Assembly: GCA_036559745.1 (NCBI GenBank)
Contig: DATBSO010000184.1
Span: 14,023 to 78,022 of the forward strand
Direction: 5' to 3'
DNA length: 64,000 bases
Source: Gemmatimonadales bacterium
Lineage (GTDB): Bacteria > Gemmatimonadota > Gemmatimonadetes > Gemmatimonadales > GWC2-71-9
Under the pieces are notes generated by a model. The model was not told where the DNA came from. It worked only from the letters and a program-made list of their open reading frames with translations, and ran no database searches. Position 1 is the first letter of the stretch. Every line of letters starts with the position of its first letter. A program made the translations under genes and the position numbers. Positions 55,187 to 63,783 of the stretch are shown piece by piece.

Positions 55187-55675
55187 ATGCTCAGCAGACT
55201 GCATCGGTGCTCGATAGCGCTCGCCCTGGTGTTCGGCGCGCCTGGCCTGGCCGCCCAGGCGATCGGCGATTCGACCATGAGTACGGTTCCGCCTGATTCC
55301 GTCACGGTCGGCGTCGCCGACACCAGCGCCTCGCCGGCAGGCAGCATCGCCCCCCCCCCGGCAACAGGGTCACGACCGGCCATGGTCGTCGAGGTGCCTC
55401 CGGCCGTCGACACGGTCGTTGCCCGCGCATGCGGCGGCGCGGCGCCCGGCACATCCGCCCCGGGGCTTATCGGGGTCGTCTTCCGGGCGCACGCGACGGA
55501 GGGCGATCGGGCCGCGGCGGCCCGTGAGGTGGGTGGTACCCTCGCGAATGCCGGTGACGGCTCGAAGGCCTACATCCAGCTACCGGACGGCGGGGTACCG
55601 GTGCGCACCGCGGCGAGCCGCATCATCCAGCTGAGCTGGGTTTCCGGAGTGTCCGAGATATCCTGCCCCCGCTGA
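55187..55675 (+). CDS. Secreted hypothetical protein
   Basis: ATG 55187 gives the signal peptide MLSRLHRCSIALALVFGAPGLAAQA. Ala/Pro/Gly-rich linker, then a small globular C-terminal part. No family recognised. Confidence 0.5.
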   Translation: MLSRLHRCSIALALVFGAPGLAAQAIGDSTMSTVPPDSVTVGVADTSASPAGSIAPPPATGSRPAMVVEVPPAVDTVVARACGGAAPGTSAPGLIGVVFRAHATEGDRAAAAREVGGTLANAGDGSKAYIQLPDGGVPVRTAASRIIQLSWVSGVSEISCPR

Positions 55676-55690
55676 TACCTGGGGTGGAAC

Positions 55691-56044
55691 ATGATCCTTT
55701 CCCCTCCGCACTACGATGACCCGCAGCACCCATCGCTGTACGACGGTCTCACCGGCTGGGCATCGCACGCCCACCAACGCCTGCTCATCGGCCTCGTCGC
55801 TGCCGGCATCGTGGCCGCCGGCGTGATCCTGGTGATCGACTGGCGCCGTGTCCCGATTTCCGGTCTTCTTCTCACGGTGAGTGCCGTGGCGGGATGGGGT
55901 CTGCTCGAGCAGCGCGCGGCCACGCCACACTCGGCGCTGGTCGCCGCGACGCAGACGATCCTCGTCGTGCTGGGGACCATCGCGGCCGTCATTGCGGGCT
56001 TCGGCCTCCTCTTCTGGGTCATGGGGCCCGCACCCGTGCTCTAG
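55691..56044 (+). CDS. Small three-helix membrane protein, hypothetical
   Basis: 117 aa with hydrophobic helices LLIGLVAAGIVAAGVILVI, ISGLLLTVSAVAGWGLL and ILVVLGTIAAVIAGFGLLFWV. Starts 15 nt after the previous stop. Confidence 0.5.
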   Translation: MILSPPHYDDPQHPSLYDGLTGWASHAHQRLLIGLVAAGIVAAGVILVIDWRRVPISGLLLTVSAVAGWGLLEQRAATPHSALVAATQTILVVLGTIAAVIAGFGLLFWVMGPAPVL

Positions 56045-56146
56045 GCGCTCAGCGCGTGAATCGAGATCTTCCCACCTCTCGTAGATCCCTTATGTTCCCG
56101 CCGCCGGTTCGCCCCGCCCTGATACTCCGCTGCACCGAGGATACGC

Positions 56147-58216
56147 ATGATCCGCCTTCGACACCTGTATGCCTTCTCCGTCTCGATCTTCGCGCTGGCG
56201 GCTGTCTTTCCCCACGCCGTGGCCGCCCAGCTCGCTCCCGCCGGCCTCGACACGGCCGGCATGGATCACGCCGTCAAGCCCGGAGACGACTTCTTCGATT
56301 ACGCCAACGGCGCCTGGCTCAAGACCATCGAGATTCCGGCCGACCGCAGCAACTACGGCGCGAGTACGATGCTCATCGAGCTCACCGACCGCCGTACCGT
56401 GGATCTCATCCAGGAGACCGCGAAGGGCAACGCGCCGGCTGGCTCCGACGCCCGCAAGATTGGCGACTATTACTCGGCCTTCCTGGACACGACCAGCATC
56501 GAGACCGCCGGCCTCAAACCGCTGATGCCGACGCTCGATTCGATCACCGCCATTCCCGACCGGAAGGCTCTCTCCCGGTTCCTCGGCACGACTCTGCGCG
56601 CCGATGTCGACGCGTTCAACGCCACCAACTTCTACACGGACAACCTGTTCGGCCTCTGGGTGGCCCAGGATCTCGACGACCCCTCGCACTACTCGCCGTT
56701 CATACTCCAGGGCGGGCTCGGCATGCCCGACCGTAGCTACTACGTGGACACCTCGTCTTCGATGGCGGTGATCCGGGAGAAGTACCGCCCCCACGTGGCT
56801 GCCATGCTCGAGCTCGCCGGGGTGGCCGATGCCGAAAAGAAAGCTGCGGCGATCGTGGAGCTCGAGACGAAGATCGCGACGGCACACTGGAGCCGCGAAG
56901 CGTCGGGCGACGTGAGCAAAGGGAACAATCACTGGACGAGAGGAGACTTCGGCACGAAGGCGCCGGGACTCGATTGGGACGCCTACCTCGCCGCGGCAGG
57001 ACTCGGCAAGGCCGCCCGCTTCACCGTGTGGCAGCCCAGCGCCGTGACCGGCATTGCCGCCCTCGTCGCGAGTGAGCCGCTCGAGACCTGGAAGGCGTAC
57101 CTCACCTTCCACGCCGTCCAGTCACACGCCGCGGTGTTGCCGGGGAAGATCGGCGCCGAGTCGTTCGCCTTCTTCGGTCCCGTCATGACCGGCGCGCAGA
57201 AACAGCGCGACCGGTGGAAGCGCGCCGTCACCGCCACCAACGGCGGCCTCGGCTATGCCGTCGGCAAGCTCTACGCCGCCAAATATTTCCCGCCGTCGGA
57301 GAAGGCGCGGGCGCAGGCGCAGGCGATGGTTACCAACATCGTCGCGGCATTCCGCGAGCGCATCGACCATCTCGACTGGATGGCGCCCGCCACCAAGAAG
57401 GAAGCCAAGGCCAAGCTCGCCGTCCTCAAGGTGGGCGTGGGCTATCCCGACACCTGGCCAGACTATACCGGGCTCGAGGTGAAAGCCGGCGATGCCTATG
57501 GCAACGCCGAACGCGCGTCGCTGTTTCAGCTCCGTCGGGCCCTCGCCAAACTGAGCCGCCCGGTGGACCGCGGTGAGTGGGTGATGACGCCGCAGACAGT
57601 GAACGCGGTCAACCTGCCCGCCATGAACGCCCTCAATTTTCCAGCCGCGATCCTCCAGCCGCCGTACTTCGATCCGAAGCGGCCACTCGCGATGGACTAC
57701 GGCGCCATCGGCGGCGTCATCGGCCACGAGGTGAGCCACAGCTTCGACAACCAGGGCGCGCTCTTCGATTCCAGGGGAAAGCTGCGCAACTGGTGGACCG
57801 AGGATGACTTCAAGCACTTCCAGGCGTCGGGTGCCCAGCTGGTGAAGCAATACGACGGGTACAAGCCGTTCCCCGACCTCGCGGTGAACGGCCAGCAGAC
57901 CCTGGGCGAAAACATCGCCGACCTCGCCGGTTTGGCCGCAGCCTACGACGCGTGGCACCGGGCCATCGGCGGTAAGCCCGCGCCGGCGAGTAACGGGATG
58001 ACAGGAAACCAGCAGTTTTTCGTCAGCTTCGCGCAGAGCTGGCGGCGGAAGTACCGCGAGCCGGCGCTGCGGAACCAGATCCTGACCGATGGCCACGCAC
58101 CGGCGCGGTACCGTGCCTCCACGGTGCGGAACATCGACGCGTGGTACCAGGCCTTCGACGTGAAGTCGGGAGATGGCCTCTACATCCCTCCTGCGGACCG
58201 CGTGCGGGTGTGGTAG
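56147..58216 (+). CDS. M13-family zinc metallopeptidase (PepO / endothelin-converting-enzyme-like)
   Basis: Signal peptide ..SIFALAAVFPHAVAAQ. ..NAVNLPAMNALNFPAAILQPPYF.., HEVSHSFD zinc motif, ..GENIADLAG.., C-terminal ..PPADRVRVW. Confidence 0.9.
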   Translation: MIRLRHLYAFSVSIFALAAVFPHAVAAQLAPAGLDTAGMDHAVKPGDDFFDYANGAWLKTIEIPADRSNYGASTMLIELTDRRTVDLIQETAKGNAPAGSDARKIGDYYSAFLDTTSIETAGLKPLMPTLDSITAIPDRKALSRFLGTTLRADVDAFNATNFYTDNLFGLWVAQDLDDPSHYSPFILQGGLGMPDRSYYVDTSSSMAVIREKYRPHVAAMLELAGVADAEKKAAAIVELETKIATAHWSREASGDVSKGNNHWTRGDFGTKAPGLDWDAYLAAAGLGKAARFTVWQPSAVTGIAALVASEPLETWKAYLTFHAVQSHAAVLPGKIGAESFAFFGPVMTGAQKQRDRWKRAVTATNGGLGYAVGKLYAAKYFPPSEKARAQAQAMVTNIVAAFRERIDHLDWMAPATKKEAKAKLAVLKVGVGYPDTWPDYTGLEVKAGDAYGNAERASLFQLRRALAKLSRPVDRGEWVMTPQTVNAVNLPAMNALNFPAAILQPPYFDPKRPLAMDYGAIGGVIGHEVSHSFDNQGALFDSRGKLRNWWTEDDFKHFQASGAQLVKQYDGYKPFPDLAVNGQQTLGENIADLAGLAAAYDAWHRAIGGKPAPASNGMTGNQQFFVSFAQSWRRKYREPALRNQILTDGHAPARYRASTVRNIDAWYQAFDVKSGDGLYIPPADRVRVW

Positions 58217-58289
58217 GGGCCGCTTGCCTCCGCCGCCACGCCAATGCACAATAGGGTACGGGCGATCGGTCCGCGCCCAACCCCGTAAG

Positions 58290-58308
58290 GCCCCGCCCCA
58301 GCCGGGGC
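58290..58308 (+). terminator. Short GC hairpin downstream of the M13 peptidase gene (possible terminator)
   Basis: GCCCCG (58290-58295) pairs with CGGGGC (58303-58308) with a 7-nt loop, followed by tgTTggTg. Confidence 0.25.
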
Positions 58309-58420
58309 TGTTGGTGAGGCAAAGGGGGCATACTCCCGGATCCGTCTGATGAGCCTTTGGGACGCCACGGCGTCGCCGCTGGGGGGTGTGTCGCCCGTGG
58401 CTTGACCAAAGGACCCTCCG

Positions 58421-59048
58421 ATGACCACCCAGAAAGACCTCAAGCGCCTGGTTCGTGGGCGCATGCAGAAGACGGGGCGAATCCTACACTGCCGCCCGCG
58501 CGCAGCTCCTCAAGCAGAAGCCCGCCGCTACCGTCTCACCTCGTCCCTCCGAGTACGCGAAGCTCGCCGGCAGAAGCGACGAGATCATCAAGGCCAAAAC
58601 CGGGTGTACCTGGGAACGCTGGGTCAAAGCGCTCGACCGTGCCAAAGCCCATGCCTGGCCTCACCGAGAGATCGCGAAATACGTCAACCAGAAATACAAA
58701 GTGCCCGGGTGGTGGGCGCAGACCGTCACCGCCGGCTACGAGCGCATCAAGGGTCTTCGCGCCGTCGGCCAGCGGCGCGACGGATCGTTCGAGGCGAGCA
58801 AGAGCAGGACGTTCGGCGTTCCGGTCTCGCCCGGGGTAGATCTCACGATCCGGACCTCGGCGCGGGAGAAGTCGATGCGAATCACCTGGCCCGATCGCAC
58901 GTCCTTGGAAGTGGGATTCATGAGCAAGGGGTCGGACAAAAGCAGCGTCGCCGTCGCCCACACGAAGCTGACGGATCGGGCCGCGGCGGCGAAGGCCAAG
59001 CACTACTGGGCCGACCGCCTGGATGCCCTGAAGGACGTTCTGATGTAG
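58421..59048 (+). pseudogene. Conserved-hypothetical gene interrupted by a +1 frameshift in a G4 run (or assembly indel)
   Basis: ATG 58421 (AAGGA 7 nt upstream) encodes MTTQKDLKRLVRGRMQKTG. After GGGG at 58474-58477 the protein-like sequence continues in the +1 frame (ESYTAARAQLLKQKP...WWAQTVTAGYERIKGLRAVGQRRDG... to TAG 59048), while the original frame becomes Arg-rich nonsense. Alternative is an intact CDS from GTG 58455, which has no SD. Confidence 0.5.
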
Positions 59049-59123
59049 AGGGAGCTCCCTCGGCTCCGACTTCTCTACGGAGGCGCCAACCACGGCGCCC
59101 AGACCCTGAGCGGAGATCGAACG

Positions 59124-59522
59124 ATGCGTTTCATGCTGATGATGCACGCCCCTCGAGGGACCGGCGACTACCAGATCAACAACTGGGCGCCGGAGGACTT
59201 CAAGGCTCATATCGCCTTCATGCACGCGCTCAACGCAGAGCTCACAAAGGCCGGCGAGATGGTTGATTGTCAGGGGCTTACGCCACCGGGCCAGGCGAGG
59301 ATCGTTCGCGCCGGCAAGGGTGGAGCACCGGCCGTAACCGACGGACCGTTCGCGGAGGCGAAAGAGTTCCTCGCCGGGTACTGGATCGTCGAAGTGGATC
59401 GGCCGGAACGCGCCTACGAGATCGCGGGCAAGGCTTCGGCGGCGCCTGGACCGGGGGGCAAGCCGTTGATCATTCCGATCGAGGTGCGCCAGGTGATGAG
59501 CGCGCCGCCGGATCAGGCGTAG
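59124..59522 (+). CDS. YciI/DGPF-domain protein
   Basis: MRFMLMMH.. start and ..VTDGPFAEAKEFLAGYWIVEVD.. DGPF motif. Its stop is directly followed by the sigma gene start. Confidence 0.85.
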   Translation: MRFMLMMHAPRGTGDYQINNWAPEDFKAHIAFMHALNAELTKAGEMVDCQGLTPPGQARIVRAGKGGAPAVTDGPFAEAKEFLAGYWIVEVDRPERAYEIAGKASAAPGPGGKPLIIPIEVRQVMSAPPDQA

Positions 59523-60773
59523 TTGAATCAGCTTCTGGATTCGGCCGTCGGGCATCTGCTCCGCGATCTTGCGCCGCAGGTGCTCGGCGTCGTGGCTCGC
59601 CGGCACGACGACTTCGCCGCGGCCGAGGACGCGGTCCAGGAGGCCTTGATTGCCGCGTCCACGCAGTGGCCCCGCGCCGGTATTCCCGATAACCCAAAGG
59701 GCTGGCTCTACCGAGTCGCCGTCCGGCGTCTCACCGATCAGGTACGGAGCGAGGCAGCCCGCCGGCAACGAGAGGACAGCGTCGCGGCCGAGCGCTCGGC
59801 CGATGAGCCGTTCGTGCCGGCGCTCGATGGGGACGTCGTGGACCAGGACGACACACTGGTCCTTCTCTTCATGTGCTGCCACCCCGCGCTCACTCCTCCG
59901 TCGGCGATCGCGCTGACGCTTCGCGCGGTCGGCGGTCTCACCACCGCGGAGATCGCCCGGGCGTTCCTGGTTCCGGAGGCAACCATGGCGCAGCGCATCA
60001 GCCGGGCCAAGCAGAGCATCAAATCGTCCGGGACTCCCTTCGCCATGCCGTCGCCGGACGAGCGCGCCGAGCGTCTGGGCGCCGTGCTGCACGTGCTGTA
60101 TCTCATCTTCAGCGAGGGCTATACCAGTACCAGCGGCGCGTCGCTCAACCGGCCCGACCTCTCCAACGAGGCGATCAGGCTGACCCGGGCCGTGCGCGCG
60201 CTCCTGCCGAAGGACGGCGAAGTCGGGGGACTGCTCGCGCTCATGCTGCTCACCGACGCGCGGCGCTCCGCGCGGACCGGCGCCGGCGGCGAGCTGATTC
60301 CGCTCGACGAGCAGGATCGATCGCTATGGGATAAAAGCCTGATCGCCGAGGGGACGACGCTCGTGTCCGATGCGTTGTCCCGAGGGTCGGCGGGCTCCTA
60401 TCAGCTCCAGGCGGCGATCGCCGCGTTGCACGACGAAGCGCCGAGCACCGAAGACACCGACTGGCCTCAGATCCTGGCGTTGTACGGCCTGCTCGAACGG
60501 ATGTCGGACAACCCGATGGTGACGCTCAACCGGGCGATCGCGGCCGCGATGGTGCACGGTCCGGCGGTGGGGCTCGAGCTGATGGCGGTGCTCGATGACG
60601 ATCCCCGGGTGAGCGGACACTACCGTCTCGATGCCGTTCGCGCCCACCTGCTCGAGATGGCGGGTGAGCGCGAGCGGGCAGTCGCCCACTATCGAGTCGC
60701 GGCGGAACGGACGACGAGCATTCCGGAGCGGGACTATCTCCTTACAAAGGCAGCTCGACTTCCGGATGGCTGA
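59523..60773 (+). CDS. ECF sigma factor with long C-terminal TPR-like extension (ECF42-like)
   Basis: TTG 59523. Region 2 ..DFAAAEDAVQEALIAASTQWPRAGIPDNPKGWLYRVAVRRLTDQVR... Region 4 ..TTAEIARAFLVPEATMAQRISRAKQSI... Roughly 200-aa helical extension ..YQLQAAIAALHDEA... Confidence 0.85.
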   Translation: MNQLLDSAVGHLLRDLAPQVLGVVARRHDDFAAAEDAVQEALIAASTQWPRAGIPDNPKGWLYRVAVRRLTDQVRSEAARRQREDSVAAERSADEPFVPALDGDVVDQDDTLVLLFMCCHPALTPPSAIALTLRAVGGLTTAEIARAFLVPEATMAQRISRAKQSIKSSGTPFAMPSPDERAERLGAVLHVLYLIFSEGYTSTSGASLNRPDLSNEAIRLTRAVRALLPKDGEVGGLLALMLLTDARRSARTGAGGELIPLDEQDRSLWDKSLIAEGTTLVSDALSRGSAGSYQLQAAIAALHDEAPSTEDTDWPQILALYGLLERMSDNPMVTLNRAIAAAMVHGPAVGLELMAVLDDDPRVSGHYRLDAVRAHLLEMAGERERAVAHYRVAAERTTSIPERDYLLTKAARLPDG

Positions 60774-61281
60774 GGCGGTCGGCCGCGGGCGCAGTGGCCG
60801 TCGCGGTGAACTTCCCGAACACCGTCAGCTCCTGATCCTCGTCGGCCGGATCGGCTGCGTCGAATCCGATGGCATCGATCTCGAAGCGGCCTTCGATGAG
60901 ATCATGAGTGGATCGGGTAATCGTGAGCCTCCCGGCGCGGGCGCGAAAGGCTCCCGTCGAGGCCGTCGGCGGTCCGGTCACCACCAGCGCCTGGATGCCC
61001 TCGGAGGGATCTGCGCTCAGGTGGTACACTCCCGGCCCGGGCACGCTCCGCAGGGTGAACAGGACGGCGCCTGTCGGCGAGGTGGCGCCGAGCGTCAGGA
61101 CGATCGGTCCCGAACCCTGGGTTCCGCGCACCGGCCCGAATTCGGCCGAGCCGCGCAGGGTGAGTGTCTTGGCGCCCGTAGTGTGAGCCTCGAACCTGGA
61201 CCCCGTGCTCCGGGCCGTAAGGGTTGCGGCTGCCAGGCAGGTTCCGAGAACGATGGTGTGAAGTATCGACGTCGTGTGCAT
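60742..61281 (-). CDS. Secreted hypothetical beta-rich protein
   Basis: ATG 61281 is preceded by GGGAGA. Signal peptide MHTTSILHTIVLGTCLAAATLTA. The 3' end overlaps the convergent sigma gene by 32 nt. No family recognised. Confidence 0.5.
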   Translation of the reverse strand: MHTTSILHTIVLGTCLAAATLTARSTGSRFEAHTTGAKTLTLRGSAEFGPVRGTQGSGPIVLTLGATSPTGAVLFTLRSVPGPGVYHLSADPSEGIQALVVTGPPTASTGAFRARAGRLTITRSTHDLIEGRFEIDAIGFDAADPADEDQELTVFGKFTATATAPAADRLSHPEVELPL

Positions 61282-61348
61282 GTGCGTCTCCCATTGTCGG
61301 TGATAATCCCGTGATGGGAGGGTATACGCAGGGTGGTGCCCCGATTTC

Positions 61349-62623
61349 TCACCTGCCTCTGGGAGTGTCGAGGCTCCGCACACGCCGCCTCAGGAACTTC
61401 CGCTCCGTGGGATTCCTCGCGAGGGCGAACGCGGCCTGGAAGTGGCCCCGCGCGCCCTCGCGGTTTCCCAGCCGGAGCTCCATCTCCGCCATCGCGGCGG
61501 GATAGAACGGATAGCGGGACAGCCGGTCGTGCTGGGCGATCTCGCGCAGTGCCGTGAGCCCCCGCTCCGGCCCGTCGCGCTCACCGATGGCGATCGCACG
61601 GTTGAGCGCGACGACGGGCGATGGCGACAGCTCCATCAATCTGTCGTACAGCGAGACGATCTCCGTCCAGTCGGTCTCCTTGACGCTCTTCGCACTCGCA
61701 TGCGCCGCGGCAATCGCCGCCTCGATATGGTAAGCCGTCACCTCCGACCCGGCCGCCGAGCGCTCGAGCAGCGCCAGTCCCTCCGTAAGGAGCCTCGCAT
61801 CCCAGCGCGAGCGATCCTGCTCGCCCAGCTGGAGCAGCTCCCCCGCTGAATCCACCCGCGCCGGCAGTCGCGCGGCGTGGAGATGCATGAGCGCCGCGAG
61901 CGCGTCCGTGGCCGGCGTCGCCGCGGCCGGGTACTCGCGGAGCAGGCCGGTCAGGCGAATCGCCTCGCCGCACAGCTCGACCCGCACAGCGGCTTCCACC
62001 GAGCCACCGTGGTATCCCTCGCTGAATAGCAGGTACAGCGCGCACCGGACGGCCGCGAGCCGGGACGGGAACTCCGCGTCGGCCAGGTCGAAGAGCTGGG
62101 GGGACTGGGCGAGCAATTTCTTCCCACGAGCAATCCGTTTCTCGATCGCGGCGCGACCGCTGAGAAAGGCGCTCGCGATCTCCGGCGCGCCGAACCCGCA
62201 GAGGATGTTGAGGATGAGCGCCACCTGTGCCTCCTCCGGCAGCCGGGGATGACAGCACGAGAACATCATCCGGAGCTGCTCGTCGCGGATCGTATGCTCG
62301 GCGAAGGCGTCGGTCACGCTGGCGGCAGCGGTCCACTCGGACTCGAGCAACCGGCCCATCTCGGGAGCGAACGTGAGCGCCGTCCGCTCCCGACGGATGA
62401 CGTCGAGCGCGCGATGTTTGGCGGTCGTCATCAGCCACGCGGACGGATTGTCGGGGATGCCGCGGACTTTCCAGATCTCGAGCGCGCGGCAGAAGGCATC
62501 CTGCACCACGTCTTCGGCGAGCGCGAGATTGTGCACGCCGAAGATGTGCGTGAGCGCGGCCACCATGCGACCCGACTCACGCCGGAAGAGATGGTCGTCC
62601 GAGTGCTCCGCCGTACCGGTCAC
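61349..62623 (-). CDS. ECF sigma factor with C-terminal TPR-like extension (ECF42-like), second copy
   Basis: GTG 62623 overlaps the upstream stop (GTGA). ..LFRRESGRMVAALTHIFGVHNLALAEDVVQDAFCRALEIWKVRGIPDNPSAWLMTTAKHRALDVIRR... Region 4 ..GAPEIASAFLSGRAAIEKRIARGKKLL... Extension ..YHIEAAIAAAHASA... Confidence 0.85.
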   Translation of the reverse strand: MTGTAEHSDDHLFRRESGRMVAALTHIFGVHNLALAEDVVQDAFCRALEIWKVRGIPDNPSAWLMTTAKHRALDVIRRERTALTFAPEMGRLLESEWTAAASVTDAFAEHTIRDEQLRMMFSCCHPRLPEEAQVALILNILCGFGAPEIASAFLSGRAAIEKRIARGKKLLAQSPQLFDLADAEFPSRLAAVRCALYLLFSEGYHGGSVEAAVRVELCGEAIRLTGLLREYPAAATPATDALAALMHLHAARLPARVDSAGELLQLGEQDRSRWDARLLTEGLALLERSAAGSEVTAYHIEAAIAAAHASAKSVKETDWTEIVSLYDRLMELSPSPVVALNRAIAIGERDGPERGLTALREIAQHDRLSRYPFYPAAMAEMELRLGNREGARGHFQAAFALARNPTERKFLRRRVRSLDTPRGR

Positions 62624-63186
62624 CCCGCCGGCTCGTAGCAGTGCAGCACGTTCCCATTGGCGAAGGCCCGCGTCTGCGTGAGCTTGAGACTCTTTGCATC
62701 CTCGACGCCCGCGAACAGGCTTTTCCCCTGGCCGAGGATGATCGGATGCACGACGAGCTGGTATTCGTCGATCAGGCCGGCCTGCGCGAGCTGTGAGATG
62801 ATACTGCCACTCCCGAGAATCGCGATGTCGTCGCCAGACGCCTGTTTGAGCTTCCGCACTTCCGCCGCCACGTCGCCCTTCACCATCGTCGTGTTCTCCC
62901 ACGAGGATTTGTCGAGCGTCCTCGAGAACACGATCTTGGGCAGTTTGTTCATGCCTTCCGCCACGGCCGGGTCGTTCTTCTTTGCTAGTGGTGTCGGCCA
63001 ATAACTCACCATCATGTCGTAGGTGACCCGACCGAGCAGGAGCGTCCCTCCACCTTGCGCGTTGCCTGCGACGAATTCATTCCACTCCGGGTCCGGGGCG
63101 GCGCGATGGGCCCACTCCAGCTCGCCCTTGGGCCCCGCGAAGTAGCCGTCCAGCGTGACATTCGTGAAAGTCGCCAGTTTCCTCAT
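62620..63186 (-). CDS. Dihydrofolate-reductase-family protein (RibD C-terminal-domain type)
   Basis: MRKLATFTNVTLDGYFAGPKGELEWAH.., ..TLLLGRVTYDMM.., ..ILGSGSIISQLAQAGLIDEYQLVVHPIILGQG... Confidence 0.85.
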   Translation of the reverse strand: MRKLATFTNVTLDGYFAGPKGELEWAHRAAPDPEWNEFVAGNAQGGGTLLLGRVTYDMMVSYWPTPLAKKNDPAVAEGMNKLPKIVFSRTLDKSSWENTTMVKGDVAAEVRKLKQASGDDIAILGSGSIISQLAQAGLIDEYQLVVHPIILGQGKSLFAGVEDAKSLKLTQTRAFANGNVLHCYEPAG

Positions 63187-63200
63187 CTCGGGTCTCCTTA

Positions 63201-63557
63201 CTAAAGCGGCAAGTGCATGACGGGGCGGATCTCCACGGCCGAGCCGCCCACGACCATAGGGCAGTCGCCGGCGAGCGACAGGGCCTCAGTCATGTCCCGC
63301 GCCTCGATGACGATGAATCCGAGCACCAGGTCCTTGGCCTCGGCGTAGGGGCCGTCGGTGACCACCTTCTTCTTCCCCCGGATGACCTTGCCGGTTCTGT
63401 CGAGCGGCTGGCCCGGGTTCTTGAGATGTCCCTTCGATTCCAGTCCCTGGATCCAGGCCCGCCACGCCTGCATGCTCTGCTGGGCACGCTCGGGCGTCCC
63501 CATGGCCTCGTGCTGCTCCTCATCCGTAGCCCGGAAGAGAAAGACGAACTCGCTCAT
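63201..63557 (-). CDS. YciI/DGPF-domain protein, second copy
   Basis: ATG 63557 is preceded by GAGGAGG. MSEFVFLFR.. start and ..VVTDGPYAEAKDLVLGFIVIEAR... Confidence 0.85.
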   Translation of the reverse strand: MSEFVFLFRATDEEQHEAMGTPERAQQSMQAWRAWIQGLESKGHLKNPGQPLDRTGKVIRGKKKVVTDGPYAEAKDLVLGFIVIEARDMTEALSLAGDCPMVVGGSAVEIRPVMHLPL

Positions 63558-63783
63558 CGTGTTGCCTCCTCGTGTCGCGCCCGTTGCGGAATGCGGACGT
63601 CTTCCGCGCCGCCGGTGCGTCTGCACTTCGACGTTCGAGCCCGCCCCCTCCGGACATTGCATGCCCGCCTCTTCCACGGCAACTGGAGTCCCCGGTGATC
63701 ACGGTCACATACTGGCGCCGGCGTACCAATCATCATGATCTCCGCGCGGGGTGTACCGCAAATTCACCGGACACGGAGAGCAT

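Noticed and set aside
63558-63783. Search for a shared ECF-type promoter (GGAAC-like -35 / CGTC-like -10) upstream of both YciI-sigma operons
   Set aside because: CGTC-containing strings occur in both upstream regions, but I could not align a common -35/-10 pair by eye. This needs motif-discovery software.
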